A stretch of DNA of 62,747 nt, filler included, from Choristocarpus tenellus KU-1152 (GCA_964200185.2; 13 parts of 13 records of this genome joined end to end with filler, not necessarily neighbours in it), one strand, 5' to 3'. Shown: positions 38,899-52,248, counted from the first letter of the whole stretch. The notes: generated by a model not told the origin, from the letters alone. A program made the numbers and translations.

Positions 38899-40745
38899 GG
38901 GCGATATGCCTTGATGGTGATTTCATAAACGCCAATACGACCTCGAAGTCCTAGATTTTATTTGTACTTGACTATTTGTTTATTATGTGGTCGTTATCAT
39001 GCCTACAGGTGGTACATCGCTGTGTTTTCCTTTTTATACGACGATAATTGATGTACTTATGAAGGGAATAAATCCAGGTGAGAGATCCAGCATACTCGCT
39101 GCTTGTTTTCGTTCTCCTGCGCTGCAATCATCGCTTTCAGATACAGAAGCAACCATCAGTTCGATCAGTCACAGGTCAATCGCAGGTGGCTCTAAGGGAG
39201 TACAGGGTGTGCTTTGTCTGTGACCCGCAGGTGCCTGTGTCAAGAAATTCATGGAAGGACAATAAAGAAATCGACGCTTGGTGCTCAGGAGGAGAAGGTT
39301 TTGATTTCAAGTTACCGTACTGAGCGTTACCTGTCGAAGGTGGAGATTGGGAGGAACTCAACGGGACAGAAACTACATGCTTATCCTAAGGAGGGTCAGG
39401 TATGACACGAGAGAATCGGAACTGAAGACCCATTATTTGTAGGCCAAGTCAGAAATATATGCTTTGTAACCTTTGAACCAGACCTCCAAAAAGGAACAAA
39501 GCGTAAACCCGGATTAGGTCAGATGCAAATTGACTCTGACGGTATTCTATGACCTTTTGGACAGATTCTCCAACGAAAACGAGAACATTTGTTGATCTAT
39601 TTTGGGCCTAGTCGGAGTTACATATTTTTTCAATTAATGTGTATACTCTGATTTGGTCGAGTGTGTACTAGCTCTGGCTGCGTCTTTTGACTGGTGGAGA
39701 TTCATCCCCAAAAGAAGCAAGCAGATATGTCGATCATTGGTGGAAACAACTGGTAATTTGGAACTGGAACCCTGGAACTGGAATCCTGGAACTGGAGTCC
39801 CTCTGTCATCCAATGACAACCAATTCATGCTGCTGCAGTACGATTGAGGTGATAGGCAATATCTGTTGTCTTAACACATGACAATCGCTTATGGTAGGCG
39901 TGAAACGTGTGTACCTCGTTCGCGCTGGGGGGCATTTAACAAGCGAATAGCATGTCTGCTTTCACGCTCGAACCAGTGTGATCAGTATTACTATGACGTT
40001 CCCTGTTATTATGTTATTGCTAGACATTTTGTCTGCATTTGTTGAGATATCGTTCTTGTGTCTTGTTTTTGTTTGTGTTGATATTTGTGGAGGGGGAGAG
40101 TCTTGCCATGACACTCCCTATTTTTATGATATCGTAACACATTGGTCTTCATTTGATTGTATGTTCATAGTTCCTAGGGAGGGTAAGGTTTTTGATGATA
40201 GCAGCACCCTATCTATGTGACTGTGAGGCATTGGGTTGATGTCCTGGGCCTGTTGTGTTTATGGTTCTGAAGGGGTAGAGTCTATGGCAGTAGCCTACTT
40301 CAGTGCTTTTGTGGATTTTGCGTCCATAATGCATTTGTGTTTATCGTTGTGAGGGGGGGAGAGTCTTGCTGGGACACGGCCCATTTATATTCTATCGTAA
40401 GGCATTTGTCTGTATATATTCGTATGTACATAGTTCCTAGAGAGATTAAGCCTTTCCAAGGCAACAACCAATCACTTTGTGACCATGAGACATTCATTGT
40501 CTTGGTGTCCTGTAGTTGTTTGTGTTCGTAGTTCTGAAGGTTGGAGTCTATGGCAGAACCTATGTTCAGTACTGCTACCACGATTTTGTGTCTGTATTTG
40601 TGTTTATGGTTTTGAAAGGGTGGAGTCTTTTTAGACAATACCTTATTATTGACGTGCGTGTGAGACTCTGGTGTAGGAGGATTTCTCTTGAGCGTTGAAT
40701 CAAATGCAGAATGAGCGCCGTGAGGTTCGAGTGTCAGTCACACTA
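38899..40745 (+). mobile_element. Truncated copy of the non-autonomous LTR element
   Basis: LTR-like segment at 38899-39130 and the same GGGGGAGAGTC repeat array at 40080-40640. Confidence 0.8.
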
Positions 40746-40781
40746 GCATATTTGAGTCAGGGCAAACCTTGGAATATTCTT

Positions 40782-40904
40782 AACCCAAAGTATCTGGGAG
40801 GGGTGGGGTGGGGGGGGGGGGGGGGGGGCCTACACCGGGGGGTCCTTTGGGGCCAAAACGAGGAGGGGGGCATTTAAAATACCCACCCGCCGTGGGCAAC
40901 CAAA
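40782..40904. mobile_element. Family-B MITE start at the contig end
   Basis: AACCCAAAGTATCTGGGAGGGG...CCTACA. Confidence 0.7.
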
Positions 40905-41004
40905 NNNNNNNNNNNNNNNNNNNNNNNNNNNNNNNNNNNNNNNNNNNNTTAATTAATTAANNNNNNNNNNNNNNNNNNNNNNNNNNNNNNNNNNNNNNNN
41001 NNNN

Positions 41005-41055
41005 CAAAATGGACAACCTGATGTAGACCCCTCCCCCCCCCAGATACTTTGGGTC
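41005..41055. mobile_element. Family-B MITE end at the contig start
   Basis: Reverse complement matches 34224-34275. Confidence 0.75.
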
Positions 41056-41441
41056 AACTATATTCTAGTATAAATTACAAAAATGTTCTCAATATTTTTG
41101 AGGAGGTTCGGTTAAATATTACTTCATACACATCGTAATAAAAAAGTACTAATATTGTACTACTACCTTTGGGTAGAAATGTAGGTTTGGCTTGGATCGG
41201 TATAAATGTAGCGAATTTGGACCCGATAGGTAATGTGACCCTCGTGCTGTACCTTGTCTGCAGGAGACTCTCAACATATATATAGAGATAGTGCTCTCTG
41301 GTCTCTCAGTGACCCAGTGCATTGCACCTCAGTCTTTTATAACTAGCACTCATGAGTAAGGACTGGCCCAAGAGAAGTTGAACATGCCCATAAACTAAGC
41401 TTCATGTTGTCATGAGACTGGACCGCAGGATACCCAACTGA

Positions 41442-41486
41442 GGGTCAAAAACGGACGCGGCCACCCCCCCCACAGATATTTGACCC
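41442..41486. mobile_element. 45-bp minimal family-B derivative
   Basis: GGGTCAAA...TTTGACCC with TGA on both sides. Confidence 0.6.
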
Positions 41487-41544
41487 TGAGCTGCCAAAGA
41501 GCACGCTGTGTTGTGAGTTTTAACATGTCCATATGTAATGGGTG

Positions 41545-42549
41545 TATTGTGCAGACACTAAAAGGTTGTCCACCAAAATCTCCAGCAAAATGAAGCAGCC
41601 TACACCTATCTATGATTCTGTTCCCGAAGCCCTCCAATACTCCATTCCAGCACGGAATTTCGCTGCATCCACCGGGACATTCGGGGGGAGCTTGCCCGCC
41701 TTCTCAGCCTTTTCCATGCTAAGATGGAGAAATTTTGCAGGTATTGTCACCCTTGGACCATAAAATTTCACCTTGGACTCCAAAAAGGCTCTGGCAGACG
41801 TGCTCTAGTGTTTTCCAGCAGTACACAACGAATGCCTCCATTGTGGTCTTTCACAGCTTCCCTGTGTTAGTAATACCCACATCTTCCTTCCGTTGCTGGA
41901 TGGAATGGAAGAATCCTAGGTCGTTGACATTGAGGTAGGGTGATTTTGCTGGCTGGTTCTCTATGACAAGGTCTTTCCCTGCCCCCTCCTTGACTGCCTC
42001 CATGATTCCCCCGTTGATGTGTGGCTTTTCCCCATGCTGCGGCACGAAGATGGTGTGTCCTTCTGACCTAGGCATGCGGAACTTGATTGTCGGGATGACA
42101 CCCTGAGAGTGAAAGTATCTTAGAGGGTACGAGTTTTGCCCTGTTTGTCCATTTGGGGCTTGGCTTCCAATGTTTTTTCTTATGACATTTTCCTACTCCA
42201 AAATATTTAGGAGTAGGTAAAATGTATACGTTATGAAAAGGTGTGTCCAAAAGATAGATACTGACACCTCCTAGCAATCACTATGGCCAAAATTACATTA
42301 AAATCACAACATTGGATTTTGACCCCAAATTGACGCGGCTCTACCCTCTAAGGTACTTTGGCTCTGAATCGTGAGCTTCTTATACCTTTCACTGTCCACC
42401 ATTACTAGTACAAGCACCTTGGTACCCTCGGGGCAGTGTTTTTGCTGTAGTGTTGAGCGACCGTAGTGTCCACAATTGGCCACATCCCAATTTTCCCATC
42501 GTGCGTGTTGAGAAGTTTGGCGCATGTAAGGCTCGTTGCTCAAAGCTGC
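41545..42549 (-). mobile_element. Decayed mariner transposase 3' half
   Basis: QPAKSPYLNVNDLGFFHSIQ and HDGKIG. Interrupted by a MITE and bounded by a Copia LTR. Confidence 0.9.
42107..42364 (-). mobile_element. Family-A MITE inside the mariner copy
   Basis: GAGTGAAAGTATCTTAGAGGGTA...TACCCTCTAAGGTACTTTGGCTC, with TGA on both flanks. Confidence 0.92.
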
Positions 42550-44250
42550 TGGTTGAGTTACACAGTAAAACATACACTGAATATTAATTATCCACTGGAT
42601 GTCCTGTATCACCGATGTATGTATGAACACTGATTCATCGTACCGTTGCTTATCATACCGTTTGCATGTTACAACTTGTGTTGTACCAACAAAATATAAA
42701 CGTACATGAACATATGTTATATAGTTGTATTAGCACAGACAACGTAAGGATAACACTAGGTTATTCGACATCCTCCCCTTGTTGAAAACAAGTATTAATT
42801 CTCAAACAATCACACCAACAAAAAAAATTACGCAGATGTTACCTTATATTTTCATCAAAAACTTCCCATGTTATCTAAGATCTCGGACTGGGAAATTCTT
42901 GGTCAATACATCTGCCCTCTGATTTGCAGTACCAACAAAAACAAGACCAATCCCTCCTTTTCTAGCTAAGTCCCTCAGAAAATGGTGTCGGACATCAATG
43001 TACTTTGTTCTAGTGGAGCTTGTGGCATTTCTTACTAGTTTGCATCTTTCATTATATCCTCAAACATGTCAATGCAACGCCTAGAAAGCTGTGGCTGAAT
43101 AAAGTCAATAATACTTCTCAAGAAAAGCAATTCCTGTGCTATACTGCTAAGGGCTATATACTCTCTCACTGTGGAAGACAGAGCTACAACTCCTTGTACC
43201 TTTGACATCCAAGATATTGCTCCTCCTCCAAACATCATTGCTCCTCCAGTCACTGATCTACGATCATTCCAGTCTCCAGCAGTATTAGCATCAGCATATG
43301 CTAAATACTCACACTCAGTATCAATATCACCGAAACTCAATCCAACACTAGGACACGTATTCAAATATGCTAAAATACACTTGACTGCACGACAATGTGT
43401 GACTTTGGGGTTACTACTATACTTGGCAACCTCACGAACTGAATTTTCAGCGTTAAGCCTAGTCATAACAGATGCCCACATCAAACTACCAACTGCCTCT
43501 TTGTACGGTGCATTTTCATCAACACTTGAATGATCCTCACTCTTGTCTAGAGCGCTTCAGAGGTCATGGGTACCGTACTCTTCTTTACCCCATCCACACC
43601 AAATCTTCGACAAGTACTCTTGATGTACCTATTCTGACTGATGGTGACAGTCTGTGAAATTATGTCACGTGAAATCTCACAACCCATAGAATACTTAAGG
43701 AAACCAAAATCTTCAATGGAAAACTGCTCTTTAATCCTGGAGCGAACCCAAATTAAAAGATCATTTATACCAGCTACCAGAGTCAAAATAACTTAAAGGT
43801 AGAGCCGCGTCCATTTGGAGGTCAAACTCCAATGTTGCGATTTTGATGTAATTTTGGCTATCATATTAATCAAAAAGCGTCAATATCCTTGTTCTGGAAA
43901 AACCTCTTCATAACGTATACATTTTACCTACATTGAAACACTTTTGAGTAGAAAAATGTCATAATAAAAAAAACGGGAAGCCAAGTCCCAAACGAACAAA
44001 CAGGACAAAATTCGTACCCTCTAAGATAATTTCACTCACCAAATGTTCGTCAACATGGGGGGCTATCACAGCACAACTAATGACATCTCTTACATAGCGG
44101 AACACACAGGGATCTGCTCTGCATTGCTCAAAACCACATTGTTCCAAAATGTGCACCAACTGATTACTAGACTCCCTGCTAGCGTGTTTGGTACCATAAA
44201 GGGCTTTCACTAAACATAAATCTTCCCTCACCATATACCACATCCATCAC
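42550..44250 (-). mobile_element. Ty1/Copia 3' half: RT, RNase H, PPT and 221-bp 3' LTR (42550-42770)
   Basis: LVKALYGTKHA, HVDEHL|VAG, YASAVGSLM-like region, YADANTAGDWNDRRSVTG, VALSSTVREY and RTKYIDVRHHF. PPT AAGGGGAGGA precedes TG...CA. Confidence 0.92.
43780..44037 (+). mobile_element. Family-A MITE inserted just after the Copia RT YxDD-equivalent motif
   Basis: ACCA target duplication at 43776-43779 and 44038-44041. Confidence 0.92.
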
Positions 44251-44366
44251 AGGTTTAAAGTATCTGNNNNNNNNNNNNNNNNNNNNNNNNNNNNNNNNNN
44301 NNNNNNNNNNTTAATTAATTAANNNNNNNNNNNNNNNNNNNNNNNNNNNNNNNNNNNNNNNNNNNN

Positions 44367-44426
44367 GCCAAGCCCCACAAATGGACAAACAGGGAAAAAT
44401 TCGTACCCTCTAAGATAGTTTCACTC
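44367..44426 (+). mobile_element. Family-A MITE end at the contig start
   Basis: AAATGGACAAACAGGG...TACCCTCTAAGATAGTTTCACTC. Confidence 0.8.
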
Positions 44427-44932
44427 AAAGGTTCCAAAAAGGAGAAGAATACCTCACAGGGGTATAATGTTCTGCAGCAACTCCTGAGGGTGCCAAGGAG
44501 TCCTGGTTCCTTTACCAAATACAGTGATACTAACAACAGAGAGCAATTAGAGTACCTCTTGTTAGGAGATATAATATCTCAATCAGTTGCGAAACTTCAC
44601 AGTTGTTGAAGTCGCTCCCAAAGAAATACAACACAGTAGTAGTATGCCTGAAGTCAAGGCTGAGACAAACGTGACTTTTCTAGGTTTTTTCCATTCACAA
44701 GTGATTCAATAAATTGTGGGATCTATTCACGTTATCATAGACTGTGCTGGTATGATGCACTGTGCCACATTAGGCAGGCCAGATAGTCTCACCAAGAAGT
44801 CAAGAAAGTCTCAAATTGTCATAATTAGGGAAAAGCAATAAAATTGATAAAAATAAGTTCTGTACTGTTGAGTACTACCATGAATTAGGAAAACACAGCA
44901 ACAGGAGTGCATGAACTAAGTCCATACCTTCT

Positions 44933-45190
44933 TATTCAAATTATCTTAGAGGGTAGAGTCGCGTCCGTTTGGGGTCAGAATTCAATGTGCGATTTTGATA
45001 TAGTCTTGGCTATCGTATTTGTTATGAAGTTTCAATATCCTTGTTCCGGACACACCTTTTCATAACGGACACGTTTTACCTGCTCCCAAACATTTCGGAG
45101 TAGGTAAAATGTCTTTAAAAAACAATGGGGAGGCCTAGACCTAAACGGACAAACAGGGCAAAACTCGTACCCTCTAAGATATTTTCACCC
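44933..45190 (+). mobile_element. Family-A MITE
   Basis: Full length with a TTCT target duplication at 44929-44932 and 45191-45194. Confidence 0.92.
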
Positions 45191-47769
45191 TTCTGTCCTT
45201 TACCTGCTTATTGGCATGAGACGCGCCTGGCAGACGGATGGCCCAGTAAAGAACATGAACCAATGACATTCCCCCAATCATGAGTACAAGCAGTGCAAGG
45301 TTGTAGCCATCAAGTCCAAAGCCATAGGCATGGTACATGCCTTACATTGCAATTGCATGTGTCGGTTTGTCAAGTATTGAAAAATAACATTTTCCTTTAC
45401 GCAGTGCTTCGGGAAACACATGATTCAGAGCAGAAATGTCATCCTGAGGGCTAGGCGTTCATGTAACATGTCTTTTATCCCAGGCCATGCGCAACGATTT
45501 CTTCTCTGTATTGAAGTACAATGCAGACGAAATCTCCTTGAGTTGGCGTAGTGTTGATCAGATCGACTCACTATCTCGCTTTGGGTAAACTGTGTGAAAG
45601 GTGCTTTGCCTTGTCTGCTGTGGTCCAGGGTTTTTGTTTGAGGATGGACCCTAGACTTGAACGCAAATTTGGACCATGCTTTTGCAGACCTTCCCTTCCT
45701 TCATGACCCCATCCACAAATGCGGACTGGGCACCATCCTGCAGCACATTTAGTGAATCTTTCGTCTGACTTCTGATGGAGGATGAGGCGGTCCACTAGTT
45801 GCGTATGGATTATCAGATAATAGTTTGGTTCGGCTGGACGTATGTCACAGGGGTTCCTGGGATCAAGGGAAGGATATGAAGGGGTCCAGTGCATCCATCC
45901 CCATCCCAATTGATCAACTTAAATCCTCAGGGAGAAACGCGTGCCCTTCACCATCAACCTGTCCATGTCCTCTACTACCACTGAGGCTTGGGCATCCACA
46001 TTTGGAGAGTGCAGATAAGGTATCTTGTATCGTTAGGAGTAGAAATACAATATCTCTTGGACTGAGATGGACCCATTGAAAACCAGAGTGAGATCTCCAA
46101 GTAATTGAATTTATTTCGTCATTCTGTTCTTGTGAGGGAGAAACAAATTGGATTTCTGATGCATGGTATAGTTCATCACTGGTAGGGAACTTGTTGAAAT
46201 AAGGTCAATGTGGAGCCTTGTCATGCAAGTGTGCGTGCTCTGATAGCATTTTTAATGGCGATGGAGGGGACCATGTTGTACTAGTGCACCTGTCCCACAC
46301 TGTGACATTGTTGTTTCTGTCCAGATTTGTTGTTGTGTAGTGCATATATATTCCACTTCCTTTCCGCCCAATCCTAAGTTTGGGGAATCTTTCCTTCGTT
46401 TAATATCTGATGTGCGATAACTTCATGTTGTCTGCCTATCTTTCTTTCTGGAAGTGTAAAACGTAGTACGACTTACAACAAGTTACGATAATAATAACTA
46501 TAAAAGGACAAATAACTGAGTGGTGTTGGAGGAATGAGAAAGGAGGAGGTGTCGAGTCCTGGGCCAACACTCACAAAATAAAAGACTGATCGTGGAAGCT
46601 TTCTGCACATCATCACCATGCATCTCACAACTCAAACGAATGAATGCGTGCAGTAGATGTGGTAATTGTGTGTGCCGTGTGATGGACATGATACAAACTC
46701 CACATAATAATAAATATACGTAGAAACATACACACAAAAGGGACAGACTGCATGCTGTTCATCACTATCATTCAGAACTATAACATAGAGCAAAGTAGTA
46801 GCACAAGTGCTACATGCTACACTCAAGCATACGTACATTTAAATATTGAACACGCTTTACAAAACTTTCCCCATACAACATTGAAGGTACCAACAAACAG
46901 AAAGCACACACTGACCGCGCGCGGCCAAGGATGTGCGAAAGAATCACCATTCATGGTAGTACCTCAACAACTTACTTCGGCTCTAGCAAGTCAAAGCTGC
47001 CAGAAGTCTTTCCCGATAAGCTGGTGACATCACCGCCACTTATCCCTAAGTTGCAGTAGTACATATTGCAAGTGTCAAATGCTTCCTTTGGAACATGCAC
47101 TATCATCCCACCAAATTATTCAGCATGGTGGACCTTAGCGTGTTGCCCATCATCCTGTTGAACACCATCGTCCACCCAGACAACGATTTTCAGTTGTAGC
47201 ATACTTGCCGCAACTCCCGACACTTCCACCTTAAGGTTCGACTTAGGATTAAGTATTCTCTCCTTGATATTCCTTGGCAGAAGATTAGACTATTGCCCAA
47301 TTGCACTTTCGGCCTCCTAACCTTGATCCCGATCCTCAAGCAATTCACCCTCTCAATGTGTGTAGATCTTTGGAATAACAATCTGGCCCTTCTAAAACAG
47401 TCCCACTGGGAATTACACAGTTTGCAGCCCAGCCAAGTAATACGTCAGACAAGTCGCGATGTAGATTCTTCAGGTCTACACGTGTGCTTCGTGTTGTGTG
47501 GGGACTCAGGGTGTAGAAAACACAATATGTTGACGATGTGGGGGTAAGATTAATAATTTCTTGGTGTCTGCAGGAAGTGGATGTTTACAGTATCCGTTGT
47601 TGACTGCAAAAAAATATGAGAGGTAACAAGGTAAAAAGGAGTATATTATATAGGTTTGGAGTATAAGTGGAGATCAGATTGACAAATATGGAAAAGAGGC
47701 ATGTTTATTATGTATCACCTTTTTGTTGTTGATATTCTTCAATAGGTTGTGAAATGCACAACTGCCGTC

Positions 47770-48443
47770 TACAGGGCTGGGTACATGCTGAACCTATCCA
47801 GCGGCACCCCCAATAGTCCTCCAATCTCGTACCCATCTCTTGCCACGAAATTCATCTGTCCTCTTGATGTGCACAGATGCGTGAACCGCCATATCGTGTA
47901 ACTGCTGCTGCAGCCGAGGCGCGAAAGTGTACCCACTACGAGGGCTCCTTTGACCCTCGTAGTTATAACCTCAACACCTTTGCTGTGGAAATTATGGGGC
48001 GCCTCAGTAAGCAAACGGAATGCTTCGAGGATGAGCTGGCTACTCACATGGTGGGGAGGAGAGGGAGGAACTGGAGGATTTAGCAGAAAAGGAGTAGTCA
48101 AATCCCGACTACGCCAAATTATCTCGGTGACTACACAAGTGGCACTGTCTAGACGTGTCATGCGTTTTAAGCCAGAGTCACCAGGGAGATGGGCTCGGAG
48201 GGGTTTATTGGATTCTTGGGATGCCTCCCTAGCTCCTCCCCCTAGGGCGTAGGAGTAGGTAGATTGGAAGCACATGAAGGTAGTAGTACAATATTGATAG
48301 TGGTGAAGTAAAAAGTAGATTAGTGTTTTTCACATTTATGATATTTTATTTCTTTAGAGCTAATACTGACATATATATGTATAGTTTTCATTTGTTTCCC
48401 CCCTGACACATCTGCAAAATGTAAGAGGGCATAAAAATAATAT
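47770..48443 (+). mobile_element. Second CRE endonuclease fragment joined to the same right TIR as 29090-30298
   Basis: AAAAEARKCTHYEG...TFAVEIMGRLS, then near-identity with 29870-30298 through to the TIR. Confidence 0.8.
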
Positions 48444-48613
48444 GCTGACACTTCCTAACAAACACGATAGCCAAAATTACATCAAAATCGCAACATTGGA
48501 TTTTGACCCCCAAATGGATATGTGTTTCTATCCTCTTAGATTATTTGTCTCCGAATCCATCATTGACCCTAAAGGCCCAATGTATCTGGGGGGGGATGGC
48601 GGCTGTCCATTTG
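48444..48613. mobile_element. Partial family-A MITE (to ~48545) and family-B terminus (48574-48613)
   Basis: Matches 42260-42360. GGCCCAATGTATCTGGGGGGG runs into the gap. Confidence 0.7.
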
Positions 48614-48815
48614 NNNNNNNNNNNNNNNNNNNNNNNNNNNNNNNNNNNNNNNNNNNNTTAATTAATTAANNNNNNNNNNNNNNNNNNNNNNNNNNNNNNN
48701 NNNNNNNNNNNNNGGTATTGCCCGGCTATTCAAACATACAGTCTGAAGACCAGACCACCTGCTTGACAACACCCCTCTCCACCTCCCGTATTCCCCCCTG
48801 TCCCTAATGCTGCAC

Positions 48816-50576
48816 CTTGCTGCCTGGACTATCTCTGGCACCCGTCGGCGAAGGTTGTGCTCATGATGGCTAACCAACCGTCCTGTTCGTTCCACCCCCA
48901 GCAATTGAAGCAGTCGTCCAGTTGTTCGGGTGTCCTCAGAGGCCACCAGGTCTGCTGAGCGTAGAATGTTCATGGCCCTGAGGAGTAGGGAGAAGGAGGA
49001 GATATTTCCAATATAGTTTGTGGAGTTAGAAGGGGGAGGGGGGGGGGGGGGGGGGTGTGGTGTGATTGGGAGGGGTGTGATGTGCGGGGGGGGGGAGGGG
49101 GGTTGTGGTGTGATTGGGAGGGGTGTGATGTGCGGGGGTTGGGAGTGTGCGCGTGTCAGGGATGATTTTGAAAAACTTGTGGTAGTGAGTGTGGGTGGAA
49201 TATAAGGGATTTGTGGGGGGAAGGGATACTTATAACAGAAATGCAGTTGCTCAAGGGAGATGGACTCTCAAAAGGTTGCTACTATTATAGTGGGACTGCT
49301 TCTCCTACACCATTGTTACAGGAGAATGAGAGCATTACCTTCTTTATGACGCAGTAAGCAGTTATGCTATAGGATAAATATACTGTTCTTGGTCAGTTTT
49401 GGTTAGCAAATAATCTTGTTGATGTCTGCCCACTGCTGAATTGCGGATCTCTTTGCTTGGTGATGGAGGGGAAGGGGCTCGGCATTCATCTCAGGAAATG
49501 TAGGGAGTGGACAACGTGTGCTAGGGGCGAAGGGCTAATGGGGACTATGCGGTCAGTGAAACATCATCAGCAACGGAGTGGATTCCATCTTTGTCATTCT
49601 TACATCACAGGTTCGAGGGTAGTTGCATTCTGGCCATAGAGATCACCTTAGTTCTGACTAGGAAGAAAGAAAACCCCCACTGTGCTCACACCTCAGGACA
49701 TGAGGACAGAGGAACGTTTCCCACGCCGCGCAAGTCCGGTCTCATTCCGTAGACAAAGGACTGTTCACGATGGATTCTTTTTGCAATAAACGCTCTATCG
49801 AGTTGTACTTGCCACGAAAATGAGATGCGGACTGGCGAAAAACTGTAGTTTCGTACGACAATCTCGTCTTCTGTTCGAAAGAAAGAAGAGATTGGTCTGC
49901 ATGTTCTCGGTGTGGGAGAGTGATCGCCTACAGTTCCTTGCCAAAAAGAAGTACAAAGGAAGCGTAGCAACACAGGTGATATAGCCAAACACTAACTGGG
50001 GCCAATAACAAAATTAAGTGAAAGCAGAAGCACCACAACAACTTGCCTTAGGGTGATGTCCTCCAGATTGCCAATTGGAGTCGACACGAAGTATACTGTG
50101 CCAGGCTCGGCCACCTGCCCACCATGTGACTCTGGTGACTGCTGAGAAACTGAATTTCTTCTACGTGTACTTTTGCTCTCTGCTTTTCGGACAACAGCAC
50201 CATACGAATTCCCTGATAACATCCGAATTGGCGTTCTTGCTGACGTTATTGCTTCCCCGAGCGTTCTTCTCGTCATCACCCCCCCCGACCTTGCCGACCC
50301 TCTAGCAAGAAAGTCCCATTTTGAAACTATGGAAACCAATCGCCTTCTAGAAGCACAGGAAATGCATTGGGTTGAAGGCGTGGGGTCCACATTTACGAAG
50401 GCAGATACCACAGTCCCAAAATCTGATCGTCGAAGTGACCTGAGTCCACCATATTTAGTACTGGAGAGAGCCCAGTTTGATCCCTTCACAACATGACTAG
50501 CGACATGATCACCCATCGCAACCGTTGCAGTGGCGAGGAACGCGGTCATCATTGCAGAGCCTAACCTTGAAATCAT
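48816..50576 (-). CDS. rsmI: 16S rRNA C1402 2'-O-methyltransferase RsmI with a long N-terminal targeting extension. Exons 50576-50047 and 48977-48816, 3' partial
   Basis: GTVYFVSTPIGNLEDITLR|AMNILRSADLVASEDTRTTGRLL...SHHEHN is the RsmI N-terminal signature. Confidence 0.92.
49056..49138 (+). repeat. G-rich two-copy tandem duplication in the rsmI intron
   Basis: TGTGGTGTGATTGGGAGGGGTGTGATGTGCGGGG occurs twice. Confidence 0.8.
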
Positions 50577-51993
50577 TTTGAATTTTGATGTTGAGTCTTG
50601 AACTGTATGTACGACACTACCAAAATGAAATGTTGGTGAACCTGCCGATTTCAGAAAAAATCAGAGATTATCACCTATCGAAATCGGAGGAACCTATGCA
50701 TTATCACAAATGATTATAAATTACGACCAACGTTCAATACCTAAGTCGACATTCTGGAATGGAAGCCATGTCACTAGTACTATTCCCCTTCCTCATAAGG
50801 CGTGACGTCAAGAACAAACAAGTAGAATGCTGATTGATCAAGTAATATGCAATCACCTCCTCAATTGCACATACTTCGAGACTGTCGAGATGGTCTTCGG
50901 CCTTGCTCAACTCTTGAAGGTCCTGAATAAGGTCGACTACTGCGTTCAGTACCGCCTTCTCACATCTACATCAGGATGATCCTGCGGACCACACATAGAT
51001 AATAAGGCGATGAGGCAGTCTTCCATTCAATCAAGCAGATATTCCAAAGTGTAAGTCTACCTGTCTGCTTCTTAGACTAAAAAGGATGCAAATAATACAA
51101 AGAAAAAGATCCTGTCAGAGACATGCTACTATAGCCAAGTACAGCTATAATAACATATTTGAGGTACTCCAAATACAAAAAATGTCGGTAAGTGATTCAA
51201 ATTCTAATGTGTACTTGTTCCAAGACGCATCCTTGGCTGTGTCAGGGGCTCCAATTCACCAAGCTTTTCAAGATCCTGACTGGATGATGCAGAGGAGAAA
51301 TGTGGATTTCTGAAGACTCTAGCCCTCATATATATTATCGAGTATTGACTATGTATGGCAGTTGTTCAGCCTTCTCCAACACCAATACTGAATTAAAGAT
51401 GTTCGCAGCTTTGTAGAAGGTCTCAAGACAGTCCTTGCAAGAACCCATCAATCAGCGGAGATGTCCACCTCCTCACCGTGATGTCAATATTTGAGCCTCA
51501 ATGCTTTCCATCCAAGGAGGAATATGTAAATGAGATCATTATTGAAAAACATTCCACTTTTATATCCTCAACGATCACTGCACTGAAGATCACGCATGCT
51601 TTCCTTCTTATGTCCTTGACAGAGAAGCCCTCCTTGGGAAATGGGACAAGGAAAAATATGTCATGCAGGATGTGCTTCAAAGAGAAGATTTGCAACCTCT
51701 TTCTCAGCATTATTAGAACTTTGCACTGTCCCTGACCCGAACCTGAGCGTGGGGTGGAGTAGGTTTTAAGAAGAAATTAGAGGTCAATGACACAGCAGAA
51801 AAGGATGCATCAGAAGAGTAGAAAGAGTGTGAGCACAGGAGCAATGTGCTTGTGACATTAGTGACCTTCTTGGCATGCAGTCTAGGATGAAATTGCTGGA
51901 GTTTGAAAAGGACAAAGATTAAGACTTGAAACCCCCTCCATGTTAGAATGATGGAAATCCTCATGCATTAAGTGTCTCTTGCCATACAGCCTG

Positions 51994-52248
51994 GAGTGAA
52001 AGTATCTTAGAGGGTACGAGTTTTTCCCTGTTTGTCCATTTGGGGCTTGGCTTCCCACAGGTTTTGAATAAGATATTACCTACACCAAATTTTTTCGAAG
52101 TAAAATGTATACGTTACGAAAAAGGTGCGCCTGGAACAAGGATATTGACATCTCCTAACAAACATGATAGCCAAAACTTCATAAAAATTTCAACATTGGG
52201 TTTTGCCCGCAAATGGACGCGACTCTACCCTCTAAGATACTTTAACTC
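51994..52248 (-). mobile_element. Family-A MITE
   Basis: Perfect 18-bp inverted repeat AAAGTATCTTAGAGGGTA...TACCCTCTAAGATACTTT. Confidence 0.92.
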
